In this document: positions 50,106-63,709 of the stretch, piece after piece
Layout of the letters: the number at the start of each line of letters is the position of its first letter
Numbering within the stretch: the stretch's first letter is position 1
DNA from: Lama glama
Lineage: Eukaryota
DNA: 64,000 nucleotides
Direction: 5' to 3'
NCBI GenBank assembly: GCA_028534125.1
Contig: CM052816.1
Coordinates: 100,008,001 to 100,072,000 of the forward strand
Translations under genes and position numbers: made by a program
The notes under the pieces: model-generated
What the model was told of the DNA's origin: nothing
What the model saw: the letters and a program-made list of their open reading frames with translations, nothing else
Database searches by the model: none

Positions 50106-50615
50106 TCTCTTCTTTTCAAAATGTGTTGGGCTTTTACTGTATTTTATGCTATTTTTAACACGTTTATCATGGTATGATTCCTGTACAGTAAATTATACAT
50201 ATTTCACATTTACAATTGATGAATTTTGATAGATGTATTTGCTCATGAAACCACCACCACAATCAACATAGCTAACATTTCCATCACTCTCCAAGGGGTG
50301 CAAATTTCAGACTCCCAACTTATCCCTTCCTACCACTTTTACCCCTTGGTAACCATAAGTTTGTTCTCTATGTCTGTGAGTCTGTTTCTGTTTTGTAAAT
50401 AAGTTTATTTGTGCCTTTTTTTTTTAGATTCCACATATAAATGATACCTTATGTACACTGTAAGTGAGTCTCTTTCTAGCTTACTTCACTTAGTATGACA
50501 ATCTCCAGGTCCATCTGTGTTGCTGCAAATGGCATGATTCTATTCTTTTTTATGGCTGAGTAGTATTCCATTGTATAAATACACCACAACTTCTTTATCC
50601 AGTCAGCTATTGATG
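50106..50615 (-). mobile_element. Chimeric antisense L1 insertion with TSD
   Basis: TSD gattagatctt (50095-50105) / gactagctctt (50616-50626); young L1 3' part (~50296-50615) fused to an L1MB-like end (~50150-50295). Confidence 0.8.
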
Positions 50616-51749
50616 GACTAGCTCTTAATTGTTCTCACCATAAAAAAAGAAATGATAATTACGTGACAGGGTGGAGGCGTTAGCTCACACTGCGGTGGCA
50701 ATCATATTGCAAGATATGTATGTGTGAAACCAACACATTGTGCATCTTAAACTCACACACTGCTATATGTCAATTGTATCTCAATGAAAAATAAATAACA
50801 TATACAACGCACTTAGATACGGTTCATAAATGAGACAACAAGTATGAGAACACACATTTGATCTTAAAGCCTTGGGGAAATGCCCTTTCAGACACGTGCA
50901 TCCAAAGTCCAGGCTTGAAGGATGCTCCCAGCACTTGGCTGGTCCCTGATTATACCCATTTACCAGAGCTCTTGGGAGAGAGGAGCTCTGCTTATTAACT
51001 GGAAGGAAAGAGCTTTCTTCTAAATATTTAAGACACTGCTAGTAGTTAAAGGGGTGACTGGTGATAATTAGGTCCTCACAGGTGGGTGCTCTATTCAGGT
51101 TACATTTGCCGGCTCCTGCACTGAGGGCGATGGTACCTGGGCCCTGGGTTTCAATGATGATGGAAGGATACACCTGTCAGCGGGGTGGATCTGTGCAGCT
51201 CTAAAGGCGGCCGAGCGGCCATGTTTACGTGCACTTTCAGGAAGGAAGAAATAGTAAAAAGCCAGGCATTTCTTTAAAATGGCCACAGAGACAACAAAAT
51301 GCCAAGTGAGGAACCTGGTGTAAGAAAGACCGTGTCTGCCCAAGGGGGGAACCACCAAACCGAGCACAGGGAGGGCCAGACACAGGCTTTCCCTTGAACT
51401 GAGCAGTTAGCAAACGTAGCCCGAGATGCCATAAAGGTCTATGTGATTCTAAGGTGGCCGGGATTTTAATAGGTTTGTAGATGCCCCTTAAATCGTGACA
51501 CGAGGAAGAGGTGCAAAGTGGGAGGCCGCAAAGAGCAGATGGAGAAAAGCCGGACCACAGCCCGCGCTGCCCCGCCCAGCCCGCGCGTCCGGCCGCTCTC
51601 CACGGCCGTCTCTGTTCTGCCAGAGGCCGTATGGTTTCTCTCCTTCTCTGAAACCTGGGGAGGCTCTGACTGGTCATGTCCCATCGTGTACACACGGCTG
51701 GTGCGTTCAGAGGAGATTCTCCCACCCTGCCTGGTGTGCAATAAAATTC

Positions 51750-52760
51750 TCCAAAATGAGAGTGGTATTTCTACCTTTGCATTGATTTTTCTGAGCAGGT
51801 TTAAAATTATGTTGCCTGTTAACATGTTTGCACAAATAGACAAAGAACCCCCCGCCCCAGAAAAAAAATCACTCCACGTGGTTGAGAGTCTATGAAACAT
51901 GCAGCCTGGATAAATATTTCTGTTTTTAAAAAAAAATCCAGCAACTTCTAAATTGCCGTTACAACACACTAAGGCAGTTTAACTCAATTTAGCAACTAAG
52001 TCAATGTTTAGCGGAGCCCTGATGCGAGGGCCTTATTAAAATCCCCGCTGCTCTGGAGTGTCTGAGGTGGGCAGAAAGGTTAAACTGCACATCAGCTACT
52101 GAAGGGAGCTGAAAGGAGAGCCAGCCCAATTAAACCTTCAGCCCTGCTCTCGCGCATAAACACTTGCTACTTTATTCCCCCCGGATGGCCCTGCAAGGAG
52201 CTCGAGAGGACCCAGCAAGAACCTTTCGTGGCGCGCCGCGCCGGCCGGGGGTCCGGCCGGGCCCTCCCGGGCGGGGGCAGCTCCGAGCCTCTCTATTAAT
52301 CATCATCTCGCTCCCAGCACCTGGGACTGACTCTAACTCCCCCGGTTGCTATATTGACAATATTCCCTGTTGATTTCCTCATTTTCTGAGCCAAGGCTAG
52401 ACTGACCTCTTTAAAATTCTTTATAAACGTCAGTAATTGCTGCATCCAACTTCAATTCATTACTTTCCCAGGCCTCATGTATTTTGATGATATGAAAGTT
52501 GACCACATTTACATGCAAATTGAAGTTTTATATTAATAAGGGCCAGTGAAAGGAGATCGCATGGTAATGCGCCATGATGACTTTTAAATACATGTGCTCA
52601 TGTCTCGGCTGGCATTAGCATGGTCAGACCAGGAGGAAATCATGTTGGTCTGATTGCAATTTTGTTTTCCAATTGAAAGTACAATTTCATCAGGTTTCCC
52701 TGTCATTTCTAATAATGACTTAAGTTTGCTTGCTAAATTGGAGAATTTCTCCAGCCTTCG
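51750..52760. promoter_or_regulatory. Candidate conserved non-coding element cluster (enhancer-like)
   Basis: Repeat-free; many TAAT/ATTA cores; octamer ATGCAAAT at 52513-52520; CpG-rich core ~52200-52300. Conservation not tested. Confidence 0.45.
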
Positions 52761-54329
52761 GATGGGCTGGGAAACAGGTGAGGCGACAGCTGCTCCTGGA
52801 TGAAGTGCCTCATTATGGGTGCGGCCAGCCGTCGGTCCCGGGGGTCTCCTTTGACGATGGGGGCGACACCACTGAGGGCTGCGGGAGCACAGATTGATTA
52901 TCTTAAGCACATAAACTTTCATCCTAAAACTTTGAAAGCCCGACAATAGCTCAACGGTTCGTCTGCTTATCACCTTTTAACACCACGGCCGACGAGGGCT
53001 TAATCTCCCCGAGTGGGGTCTGGTGGCTTCCATCACGGGCTGCATTCGTGTTCTGCAGCTTGGAGGGAAGCTGACTCTTTCTCCTTCCCTCAAAGTGAAT
53101 TATCTGTCTGAATCAAGAGCAATGTTGTGCATCAATGTCATGAATGAGACGCTGAGATCCAGGACTCCACCAAAAACAGATCGTCAATAGGGACATTTTT
53201 CTGACTTACTCCCCTCATTAAGTGGAATGTGGGTGGTTTGCCTACAACACACCCAGATGGGCCAAGGTGCGGAAAGGAAGGCAGTGATAACATCCTCACA
53301 GCAGGGCAGGCGCAGGAGCCAAATGGCAGGCTGTCCACCAGAAGGCACCAAAACGTGGTCATTTCCTGTGAATTTAAAACAATTGTTTAGCTTCTCCGTG
53401 ACTCATTTTATGCAGTTATAAACCATGAGTCTAAATTTTGTTCATCTCTGAGCTTCCTCTTGGCTCTACTAGGTTTGTGAGTCTAAGACGAATGATTTTG
53501 GTCCTGGATGATATTTGGGGTAAAATTTCACGTTTGCTCAATGAGATGCCACTTGCATCATTCACATGTTTCCCTCCCTTAAATAGGCTTAATGCGCGTC
53601 ACCTGATTTAGATAAGACGCTAGCCTTTTAGTCAACAAATTCTTAATGCATTCAGCTCTTATCGCGTTTGTTTTATCTCTGAGTAGATAAGATGCCTAGG
53701 GCTGACTGAGGGTGAGAAAGGCCACTGGGTTTACTCTGGGATTCTATTGTCTCTGATGCTACAGGACTTACCCAGAGAATTGTCAACATCAGCACACTCC
53801 AGCCTCAATTACTCCTCTGGCAGTCTCAGGAGAAGCACTGTGCATTTCATAAAAAACGTCTGGGGTTCACGGAGAGGCAGTAACTGGCACACATGGTGAC
53901 TGTGTGGAAACAGAGCAAGGACTGCTTTCCAGTTGACCTGTTTCTGGTTTCAAAGCCAAGTGAAGTCCAGTGCGTACAGTGCTGTGTGTTTATCTTTGCA
54001 ATCGTAGCAATTACAGCTGCTTCTAAAGAAGACACGACACAGGCTGCACCTCGGCAATGATACCTGACCAGGCAGAGATGGTGCTTCCTCGCCTGTGAGG
54101 CTGGAGGGAGAGGAAAGCTCCCACGCCACCTTGCTTGGACAATTGATGTTTGATGATAAGCTCTTGGTGATTAATACGGTAGGTGGTGGAGACCCCAGCC
54201 CTACTGGTGTGTGACAAGTGTCTTGTGTGTGATTGTTCAAACGGTGGCTCTAACCTTTGCTTTGGGCCACAGACTCCTGGGAAATTTGATGAAACCTAGC
54301 AATTTCCTCCCAGGAAAAAATAACCTCAA

Positions 54330-54795
54330 GCTCTTTGCCCTGTGTCCTCCCCTCCCCATGACCCCTCTGCTTCCTCTGGGGCCACACCCGCTTTCATGGG
54401 CTCAGCCACACTCACCTCCAGCACACCCTGCTCACTCTCACTCAGGGCCTTAGAGGGCAGTTCCCTCTGCCTGGAACGCCCTTCCCCTTGGTCCTGCTCT
54501 CCCTCACTCCCTCTCCTCACCTCGGGCTCTCCTGAGAAGTGCTCCCCCCAGAGAAGCTGTCCCTGGTCCCTCCAGCTCCACTGTCCCTGCCCACCTCATC
54601 ACCCTCCCTGCCGTGACCTGGCTTGTCTTCCTTCATTGCACGAATGAGACCAGGTCATTCCTTCATTTGCCTCCTTGTGTGTTTTCAGTTGGTGCCACCA
54701 TACTGCTAGCTCCTTGAGGGAGAAGCTCGGACTGACTTCTCTGCATCTCCAAAGCCTAGTTCACAGCAAGGACTCAGTCAACGTTGTGTGATGTT
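54330..54795 (+). mobile_element. L2a-like 3' region
   Basis: 'ctcagggcctt..gttccctctgcctggaacgcccttccc' and 'agctccttgaggg..tgcatctcca..gcctag'. Confidence 0.85.
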
Positions 54796-55564
54796 GCTAC
54801 GCGGCGCACGCCTGCGATGCCTCTGGCCTCACCACAGCCCCTTGGGAGAGTGTGTGTGCCTCTGTGGGCACCCAGCAAAAAAGAGTTCCACAGGAGAGTG
54901 TGCGAAGGGGTTGAAATGCGGTGGTCAGAAATAAAACTGGGGACAGGTGAGTCCGTACTCTCTATCCTTTGCCCGCGCTCTTTCTTCTCCGGCCACAGCC
55001 ACACCTGCCTGCAAACGGTCCAGTCTCAGCTGTGCTGACACCTGGGCCGTGGGGCTTCCTCTGCTTCTCCGTGGTAGCAATTGCTTCCCTGCCAATGCCC
55101 AGACTTGGACACCTGGTCTTAGAGGGTCTGAATCACTCCCTGGCTTTGTAGTTACTCTGTACAGCAAACACCGCAGGTGAAACCCGTATCACCCCACAGC
55201 CCCTGGGGCTGCTGTGGCGCCCAGGAGCCATTCACTGAACACTCTGGGAATGAACGGATCCATGAATTGATGAGACATTTGAGACAACATTCAGCCACAA
55301 GACACAGAGGACAATGCATTTTAATGGCCAGAGGACTCTCGTAACAGTCCCAGTTTGCCTGGGACCACCCAATCCTATCAATCATACAGCAAAATATAAA
55401 ACTTATTTTATGAGCTAAAGCATGACGGTGGATAGCGATTGTCTAAGAACAAGGTCAGTTTATTCCCCCAACAAGCTCATGTTTTCTTTCATTGTTGGTA
55501 TAATTTAGGGGCTAGAAAGACACCCTGAACAGGCATCTCCTTGATGAGATACGTCATCCAGTAA

Positions 55565-55785
55565 TAAAACTAATAACCTCTGGGCATCAGTTTTAAACTT
55601 CTAAGTGTTTTCTTGTCCGTCATCTCCTGTTACTTTCATAGCCCCAGTGAGGTGTGCAGTGTGGCTCTAACCTCGCTTCTCTCTTTCTCTCTCTTTTTTT
55701 GTCATGAGGCAATTAAGGACAGCAACAGGCTCAGACAAGACTGAAAGCCTGAAATTTCGCTTTCTTGCTCTTTCTACTCCAGGAC
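55565..55785. mobile_element. MIR, degraded
   Basis: 'catctcctgttactttcatagcccc..tgaggt' and 'atgaggcaattaagg'. Confidence 0.5.
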
Positions 55786-56169
55786 AAAGCATAAAAAAAA
55801 AAAAGAAAAAACCCCACAGCTGCAGGACAGGAGTTATTTTATTTTTGGCTCCGCTGGCCAGATACTTCCGTGTCTCCCCACTCGACTGGCCATTCTACAG
55901 ACCGCAGGAGGAAGCCACACTTTGATTTGGGGGCTTTAATTCGCTCCCACTGCTCAGTGACATTGACCATGGCAGCTGGAGAGTCTGGCCACCTTTCTGC
56001 ACCCTTCCTTGTGGAAGAAGCAGCCGATTGGAATATTTACTTGAATCAGATTTAACTCGTTCAGAATCATTCAGCCTCTGACAGAGTAAGACAAGTTATT
56101 TTAACGGGAAACAACTGTTTTACTGACAACAGGACAACTGCTTCTTGTAAGAGCCCACGTGACTGTGAT

Positions 56170-57628
56170 ACATCCCCTCCTGTGCGGGCACAGCTCGACG
56201 TCCTTGTGCACCTTCTTTCTGTTGAGTAAATACCCAGGAGGGGACATGCTGAATCATACGGTAATTCCATGTTTAGTTTTTACAGGACCCACTAGACCCA
56301 CTGCTTTCCACAGCAGCTGAGCCATTGCACATTCTCACCAACGGTGCACAGTGGTTCCAAGCTCTCACATCCTCACCAATATTTTCTTCCCTAACAATCA
56401 TTCAGTGTGTGTGATCTGGTATCTCACTGAGGTTTGATTTGCATTTCCCTGATGATGAGTGATGTTCAGCATATTTTTATGCACTATGGGCTATTTGTGT
56501 ATCTTTGGAGGAATGTCTATCCAAGTCCTTTGTCTATTTTTAATTGGGTTGTTTTGTTATTGAGTTGTAGGAGCTCTTTATATAAGTTGAATATTAATTC
56601 CTTATCAGATACTGCAGCTATTTTCTCTCAGTCTGTGCGATGACTCTGTTGACTGTATCCTTTGATGCACAAAGGTTTCTAATTTTTGATGATTAAAATC
56701 CAGAAGTCCAACTTCACTATTTTTTTGTTGCTGTTACTTGTACTTCTGGGGTCATATCCAAGAAATCATTGTCAAGTCCAATGTCATGAAGCATGTCTTC
56801 TAACTTTTCTTCTAAGAGCTTTATAGTTCTTTGAGGTCCCTGGTCCATGATGCGTTAATTTTTGTATATGATAAAAGATAAAGGTCTGAATTCATTTTTT
56901 TCTGCATTGGGATATCCAATTTACTCAACATCATTTATTGAAAATACTGTCATTTCTCCACTGAATGGTTTGACATCTTTGTTGGAAATCATTTGACCGT
57001 ATATACCTGAGGGCTCATTTCTGGGCCCTCTGTTGTATTCCGTTGGTCTGTATGTCTGTCTTTATGCCAGCACCACTCTCTCTGGTTGCTGTAGCTCTGT
57101 AGTAAGCTTTGAAATCAAGAAGGGTGAGACTGCCGACTCCATACTTCTTTTTCAAGATTGCTTTGGCCGTTCAGGGTCCCTTGAAATTCCATATGAAATT
57201 TAAGATAGATTTTTTTTCTCATTCTGTAAAAAACATTGCCGAGATTTTGATTCCAATTGTACTAAATCTGTAGATCCCTTTGGGTAGTATATTGATATCT
57301 TAATATTAAATATTAATTCTCTTTCCGTTTATATCTTTATTTTCTTTCAGCAATGTTTTGTAGTTTTCAGTGTTCAAGTATTTTCCCTCCTTGGTTAGGT
57401 TTATTCCTAAGCGATGTTGTTCCTTTTCATGCTATTATAAATGGAATTAAAAAAAATGTTCTTTTTGGATTGATCATTGCCAGTGTCTACGAAGGCAGCT
57501 GGTTTTTTGTGTTTTGGTTTTATCTTCTGCGACTTCACTGAATTCATTTATTGGTTCTGACGGGCTCTGCTTTGCCTTCGTGGAGTCTTTCGGGTTTTCT
57601 CCGCATGGGATCGTGTCACCTGTGAGCT
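56170..57628 (-). mobile_element. Old L1 ORF2 3' region (L1MB-like)
   Basis: 'tttgatttgcatttccctgatgatgagtgatgttcagcat' and 'gggtcccttgaaattccatatgaa'. Confidence 0.92.
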
Positions 57629-57779
57629 CGTCTGTTCTTAGAGCGATGCACAAGGAAGTTACTGACTGGAAAGGAAAGGGATCTCCATGAAGCCTTAACA
57701 CAAGTAAGGGTGCAGACACTCCCTTGGGCTGCCCTGCTCTTGCTCCCACGATCTTCATATTTATCCTAAGGGGTCTTTC

Positions 57780-58800
57780 CCAAGCAATTTTATGGTTTAA
57801 TTTACAGGTTCATTTCATTCATGGTTTGTATTTATGTGTTTGTTTTTCTAACAACAACAAAATGACCGTCATACAGAAACGTGTTCTAAGCCACTTTAAA
57901 TAAGCCCGGTGGCCCCCCTTGCTTTTATTTTCCGGAGCCAGGGGCCGTCAGGGCACACCTCCAGCTTTGCGAGCTCCCAGCCCCCACTTGGCTTACCCAA
58001 TTGGAATTATTTTTATTGACTCTGTCTGCTCTCTTCTCTCCCTCTTGGCACGGATGACGAACTTTGTGTGGCCGACAATGGCTTCTGTATTCCCAGCTCC
58101 CCTCTGAGACAGGGGCTGTTACATCAAAGGTCTGCCGTGTGCTGCCCTTCCTATAATATTTCAATTTAAACACCGCCTCACTGCAGCCTGCCACGTCTCG
58201 TTTACACTGTGGCCTTTGTGGGAGACAGGGATCATTACGGAGGGAGCACTGAGAGAAAACACATTAGAGGCCGGCCAGGTAGCGGCAGGGAGGGAGACAG
58301 TGCGCAGGGCGGCGGCGGGGGCAGGTCCCCCCGGGAGGCGGAAGGGCCGTGGCGGAGGGCTCGCGCCCCCCAGTCGTCAGGCTGGAGTCACACGACGTTG
58401 GCGCTGACACCGCCGGCTGCGCCGCGTGGCCCGAAGCCACTGCTTCTCTACTCTTCTCCCGTCGGCGCAGCAAAGGCAATTCCCCTGTGCTTCCAGGGCC
58501 GAGACGATCCTCTTTTATATAGACTTCCCCTTTCCCTTTCTTATTCTTAGTCTTTTGTATCCGCACGGAATGGGCCTCCGTGTGTGTTATACGGGCTACT
58601 GGTTCCCAGACCCTGGCTTTGAATTGCTTCATTGGTCAGGACAGACCGTCGAGCGAGGAAATAGAAATCACCTTCTGTTTGTTTGTTTGATTTGCTCTCC
58701 AGCCTCTGCAATTCGCAGTCTAATAATTTCATTTTCAAAGGAACAACAGTCAGGAGGGCCTGCTCTGTTTACCATTAAGATGGGAAGAAAGAAATACTGA
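57780..58800. promoter_or_regulatory. Candidate enhancer region with small CpG-rich core
   Basis: AT-rich motif blocks (TTTATGG, TGTTTGTTT) flank a CpG-rich patch at 58270-58510. Confidence 0.35.
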
Positions 58801-59334
58801 ATCTCCAGCCGGAACAAGCCACATCCTTTTCTTCCCTTTTCCCCTCCTTCTCTCTTTGATTCCCTGTTCTTTTTTCTCCCCTGCCCCATCCACTCCCCTG
58901 CATAACGTACACAGAAATGTCACCGAGACACAGCTCAGCCCCTTCAGGAAAGCCCCCTCCAGAGACGTGTCCGGCAGGACCACGTGTTCGTCTGCCGTCA
59001 GACGGCTGCAGCCGTGCCCAGACACAGGAGCACACCGCCGGGCACCTGGCCGGCTGGGTGGATTGAGCGATGTGTGAATATGGAGTTGATTTCTGCAAAA
59101 CTGTCAATGGCGAGGGGGAAAGAAGTCACGTGGCCGTGACCTTCCGGCCGAGGCACCACTGAAACTCCCTGGGGACAAACCTGGGTTCACACTGCATCAC
59201 ATTTTCTAGCTTGCTTGCCGGTCACATTTCTCAACTTTCCAAATACTGCAGGCAATTCTTAGGTGCCGGATGCTGGGAGTCACGGTGCTCCTGATTGCGG
59301 AGAAAGTCAGGCCTTAGGACACTTTGAGGACCTT

Positions 59335-59950
59335 TTTGTCCAACAAACACCGACTACTCGTTGTGGGTAAAGCTTTCTCATCCCAGACCCACAGTGAATG
59401 GAAGAGAAGAAACCCTGCTTGCGTGGCACCGACACGGCGGTGGGAGCAGATCATCAATAGCTAAAGGAGCACCCCCTCCCCGTCTGAGGTGGGTCAAGGG
59501 TGGGGCCTGGCTTGGGGGCGGGGTGCTGAGACAGTCTCGCTGCAGAGTGACTTTGGACAGAGGCCAGAAGACAGGGAGGGAGAGAGGCACGGCCATCAGA
59601 GCCGGAATGTTCCAGACAGAGGAGGGAGGGCAGGGTCGGGGCCCCAGGCAGGCTGTGTGTGCAGCCAGCGAGGGTGAGTGGAGGGGCCGGGGGCCGCCAG
59701 GGAGAGAGGCACGGGCGAGGGCCATGTCAGGACTGTGGTTCTTCTCTGGGTGAAAGGAGGGCCTTGAGGGTGAGGGGGGAGAGGCAGACCTGATCCCATC
59801 TGCAGGGGATGAGGGGTAGAGAAAGGACCGCGGGGACGGGGCAGAGACGGACTCGGCCCGGAAGAGAGGGTCCCAGCCAAGGGACCGGGAAGTCCTGCCG
59901 GGTGGGGCCAGGCAGGCGCGGGGAGAGGGTGGAAGTGTCCATAGTACTGG
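59335..59950 (-). mobile_element. L2 3' region, GC-shifted
   Basis: 'tccaacaaacac..cagtgaatgga..ccctgc', 'gaatgttccagacagagg' and 'gggccatgtcaggactgtgg'. Confidence 0.65.
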
Positions 59951-60959
59951 ACAGGATTTTGCCCCAAGGGACCCTCAGAGCAGACCCACCACAAGCAACT
60001 CCACCATGAAAATTTAGGGCCAGACTCCTGGGAAATGCTGAACGTCAGAGACACCACATCATTTGCTTCCAATTGCCTCCTGGCAGAGAGGTCAAAGGGG
60101 TTATTGTTTAAAATGGATTTATCATAAGTAGAAAACACATTAGCCTTTATGGGTGAAAACAGGCAAAGGATGTTGAAAATGCTGCACTATTTGACTGCGT
60201 TCTGAGTTCACATGGGCTGTGGGAAAGCACCATTTGACTATTTTAAAGCCATCATTCTTTTTCTTTTTGTTAAGAGACACCATCCTCAAAAATACAGACC
60301 CCATGAGTCACCTTTTAAAGGAGGATTTAGATTTCCCATGCAGCCAACGTCAGCAACAAGCTGCTGTCGGAATGTCCTGTGTTCCTGATGAAGCTCTGAG
60401 ACCCGGGCGATTGTCATTGCTGTGAGAATCACACACAAAGCCCCACACGTGGACTGTTTAGACTTCCACTTTTTAATTATTCATGAAATGTGCAGAAACA
60501 CGGTCCAGTGCACATTTGAGCAAAATTGGCTAATGCCCGTGAACAAATCATAAACACCTCACCAGGGGGCCAGAGCATGCTCCCCTCAAATAGGTGCCTT
60601 ATTAGAATCTGCTGCTGCTCAACAGACAGCCATGGTGACAGGGCCCCAGCCCCCGGACGTGGGGGCTCAGCCGTGACGTCTCTGCTCTCTCACCTGCAGG
60701 GAGCTGCGTTCAGCGGGCGTCTCAGGTGCGACGTTGAAGCCGATCCTTCTGTGCTGGAGGAGCAGCTGGGCAGGGTGGCGGGTCCCAGCTTTGGTGCGTC
60801 GATGAAGCTTTGCCTCCAGTATGACTGGGCTGCACGGTGGGTCAACTTGAGCGGAAGCAGGGGTCACCACCAGGAGACCCTAACTCTTCTGGGGTGGAGT
60901 GACGTGAGTTTACTAACAGTTATGGTGTGAAATGACAAAGAAAATGATCAGGAAGCCAC

Positions 60960-61220
60960 GAAGGACACAAACATGAATGGGAGGCCCACCTAAGAGGAAA
61001 ACGTTCCAACGTATTAACTAACAGAGAGACGCGAGTCACAGCGGTGCTCAGCTGAGAGCCTTCCTTGCCAGCACTAACTACTGTCAGGTGCTCTTCCAGG
61101 TTCTGAAGACGCAGCGCACAGACAGGTGTCTGTCCAGCCGCCAGAACCATGAGAAACTAAATAATTACTGTTGTTCGGGCCACCACAGCCGTGGCGTTTC
61201 ATTACAGCAGCTCTGACTAA
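60960..61220 (+). mobile_element. MaLR LTR 3' fragment (MLT1 family)
   Basis: 'cagaaccatgagaaactaaataattactgttgtt..gccac..ttacagcag'. Confidence 0.6.
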
Positions 61221-61539
61221 GGAGCACTGATCTGTCCGGGCACACGTGGCACCTCTGCCCAGTGCTTGTGGCAGACGCTGCTGGTCAGCGACCCCGCACC
61301 GGCACCTTCCTTCTTTGCTGCACTGGCCGCATCTGGGTGACCAAACACTGGAGGGTGATGCAGGATTGGCCTGTCCTCTTTGCCAGGGATTGAGTCCAGG
61401 GAGCGTGTTCTGTTAAGACACTTGAGAGGACAGATGCTCGAGCTTCTGGGAAAGGGCCTCCTCCTTGAGGAAATAAGATGGAGGAGAAGACACCCCTCCC
61501 CCGATGCTGCCACCTCCCTGCTTCTCCCTTTGGACACTG

Positions 61540-63580
61540 ACAGCTGTGGATGAAACTGGAAATTCACAACCAAAAAATGCCTCCATCTTGATGTATTCTA
61601 AATCAAACAACCCACATCGAATTCACATGTTAAAGAAGCAATCACAATGGAGCTATGACTATGTGTGTAAAATACACATAAAAATGATAATAAATCAAAT
61701 TTAGTGGAAAAAGTAAAAAAAAAATCAACCCTCTTTAGAGGAAAAAAACAGAATCCAAAGTCCTCACAAAAAATTACAGACTAACTCCAACACGTGATAA
61801 ATACATACACACACATGTGCAGAGTCAGGGAAAAATGGTAAAGAGTCAAGAGGTAAAATATTCAATAGAAGCAGATAAGCGAGAAATCAAATACCATTTT
61901 AGTGGGTAAAGACATCAAAATGACTGTGACTGATATGGACACATGGACAAACAAGTGTGAGCAAAATGTACTCAAATAAGCATTACTGAACCTCAAGCTA
62001 AACATCTAAAATTTTTAAAACATGCATATTGAGTTAATTTTAAAGTTAAAGTAGAAGATAGAATTTGTAAACTTGAAAAGAATTCAGAATATAATGCTTG
62101 GGCTCAGTTTTAGAGCTGAGAAAGAGTGGAAACAACAAAACAGAGAAATATGAGTGAAGATTTGAATGAAGGAACAAAACAGAAGCAATATTGAAAAGTA
62201 GTCACCCAGAACTTTCCAGACGATAAAAGACACTGACTTACAGCTTGCAAAAACTTAGCAGACTCAAGGCGCAATGCAGAGAAAACTACAGTTAATCACG
62301 TCATTGTCTGATTGTTTAAAACCAAAGATAGAAGGAAACATTAAAAGCGCTGGGGATGGGGCATCCGTTAACCTCGGGGGAAGGGGACAGTGACTGCCTG
62401 AAAATATTGCTCAAAATTAAAGGGAAATAAAGACTTTTTTGACAAATAAAAGCTGAGAGCATTTATTTGCATCAGATTTCACACTATGGAAAATAGGAAA
62501 GGAGCTTCTTTGGGAGCAAAGAATATGATTCAAGGAAAAAAGCAGAGAAGTGGGGCAAAGAAAGATCATTGAAAAAGAAGAATGTAACTGTAAAATATAT
62601 TATCTATTTAAAACAAAAATAATAGCAATGTCTTAGGGGCATGTAACATATATGGAGATAAAATACATGACAGTAAATAAAAAAGCAGGGGTGTAGAGTC
62701 GAGTCAGATTGCTCTTGGGTATTTCATTTCGGGGCTGTATAAAGGTGCTAACTTAAGGGAAGTGGTGATAGGTTAACTACCCATTTTTTAAAATTTTTGA
62801 GATGACTACAGAGTGATAATAAACATGAAACAAAAAATCTAATAGAGCAGATAAAATAATATAGTATTTAATCAAAAGGAGCAAGTTTAGTAGTATATGT
62901 AAAAATTGTAATTTTTAAGTAGCATTTGTCTTCAGACTATGAGGATGATTTGATATTAAAACATCTATCAACCTAATTTGCACAGATTAATATATTTAAA
63001 GAGAAAAAAACATGTAATCTCATTAGAGGTAAAATTATATAAAATTCAATACTCATTCAAGAAAAAGTCTTGGAGAACCAGGAAGACATCGCTATTGCAA
63101 TAAAGTCACCCACCAGAGACTGCATACTCCTTAATAATGGGAGATTAGAAGCATTTTTATTAAATTAGGAAGAAATCAAGATTGTCCACATCACCTCCTT
63201 CTATTTAACATTTTTTAAAACCCCCAATTCAGAGACATTATATGTCAAAAAAGAAAAAGAAATACAATGAGTAGGCATTAGTAAGGATGAGACACTATTT
63301 TCCTTGTTTGTAGAAGGCATGATTATCTATACTGAATATTCCAGAAAATCAGCAAACTCTTGGGCACCATGAAACAATTCATTAGAATTTCAGGATAAAG
63401 AACAATATAATAACAGCAACCACAACAGGGTAGCCACACCCACTGCCTCCAACCACACACGCAAGTCCGCAAAGGTGCACCTTCTACAACAGCAACAAAA
63501 ACTCTAGGAATAAATCTAGGAAAATATGACTAAGCACTTTCTGGGAGAAGGTGACATTTGTTGAAGCTTTTATATATAAC
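61540..63580 (+). mobile_element. Very old L1M fragments (ORF1/ORF2)
   Basis: A-rich; 'ataaagactttttt..aaaagctgagagcattt', 'cacctccttctatttaacatt' and 'ggcatgattatctatactgaa'. Confidence 0.75.
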
Positions 63581-63709
63581 CTACTCAGAAGTCCCTCACC
63601 TCAAGCGTGTGAGCTCTGTGTGAAGGCACGCTACTGGAGACGCCACTGACAGAGAACGCGATGCCAAGCGAGGAGAGGTCTCTGCTGTTTGCGACGCAGG
63701 GGGACGAGG

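Larger units (their letters stand above)
46040..50797 (+). mobile_element. L1 with 5'UTR, lacking ORF1 and endonuclease domain; decayed ORF2; L1MA9-like 3' end
   Basis: 5'UTR begins 'ggagggttcccaggatggtggagtag'; ORF2 from ~47395; ORF 48179 ([22 protein letters not shown]); 3'UTR ends 'gtcaattgtatctcaatgaaaaataaa'. Confidence 0.93.
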
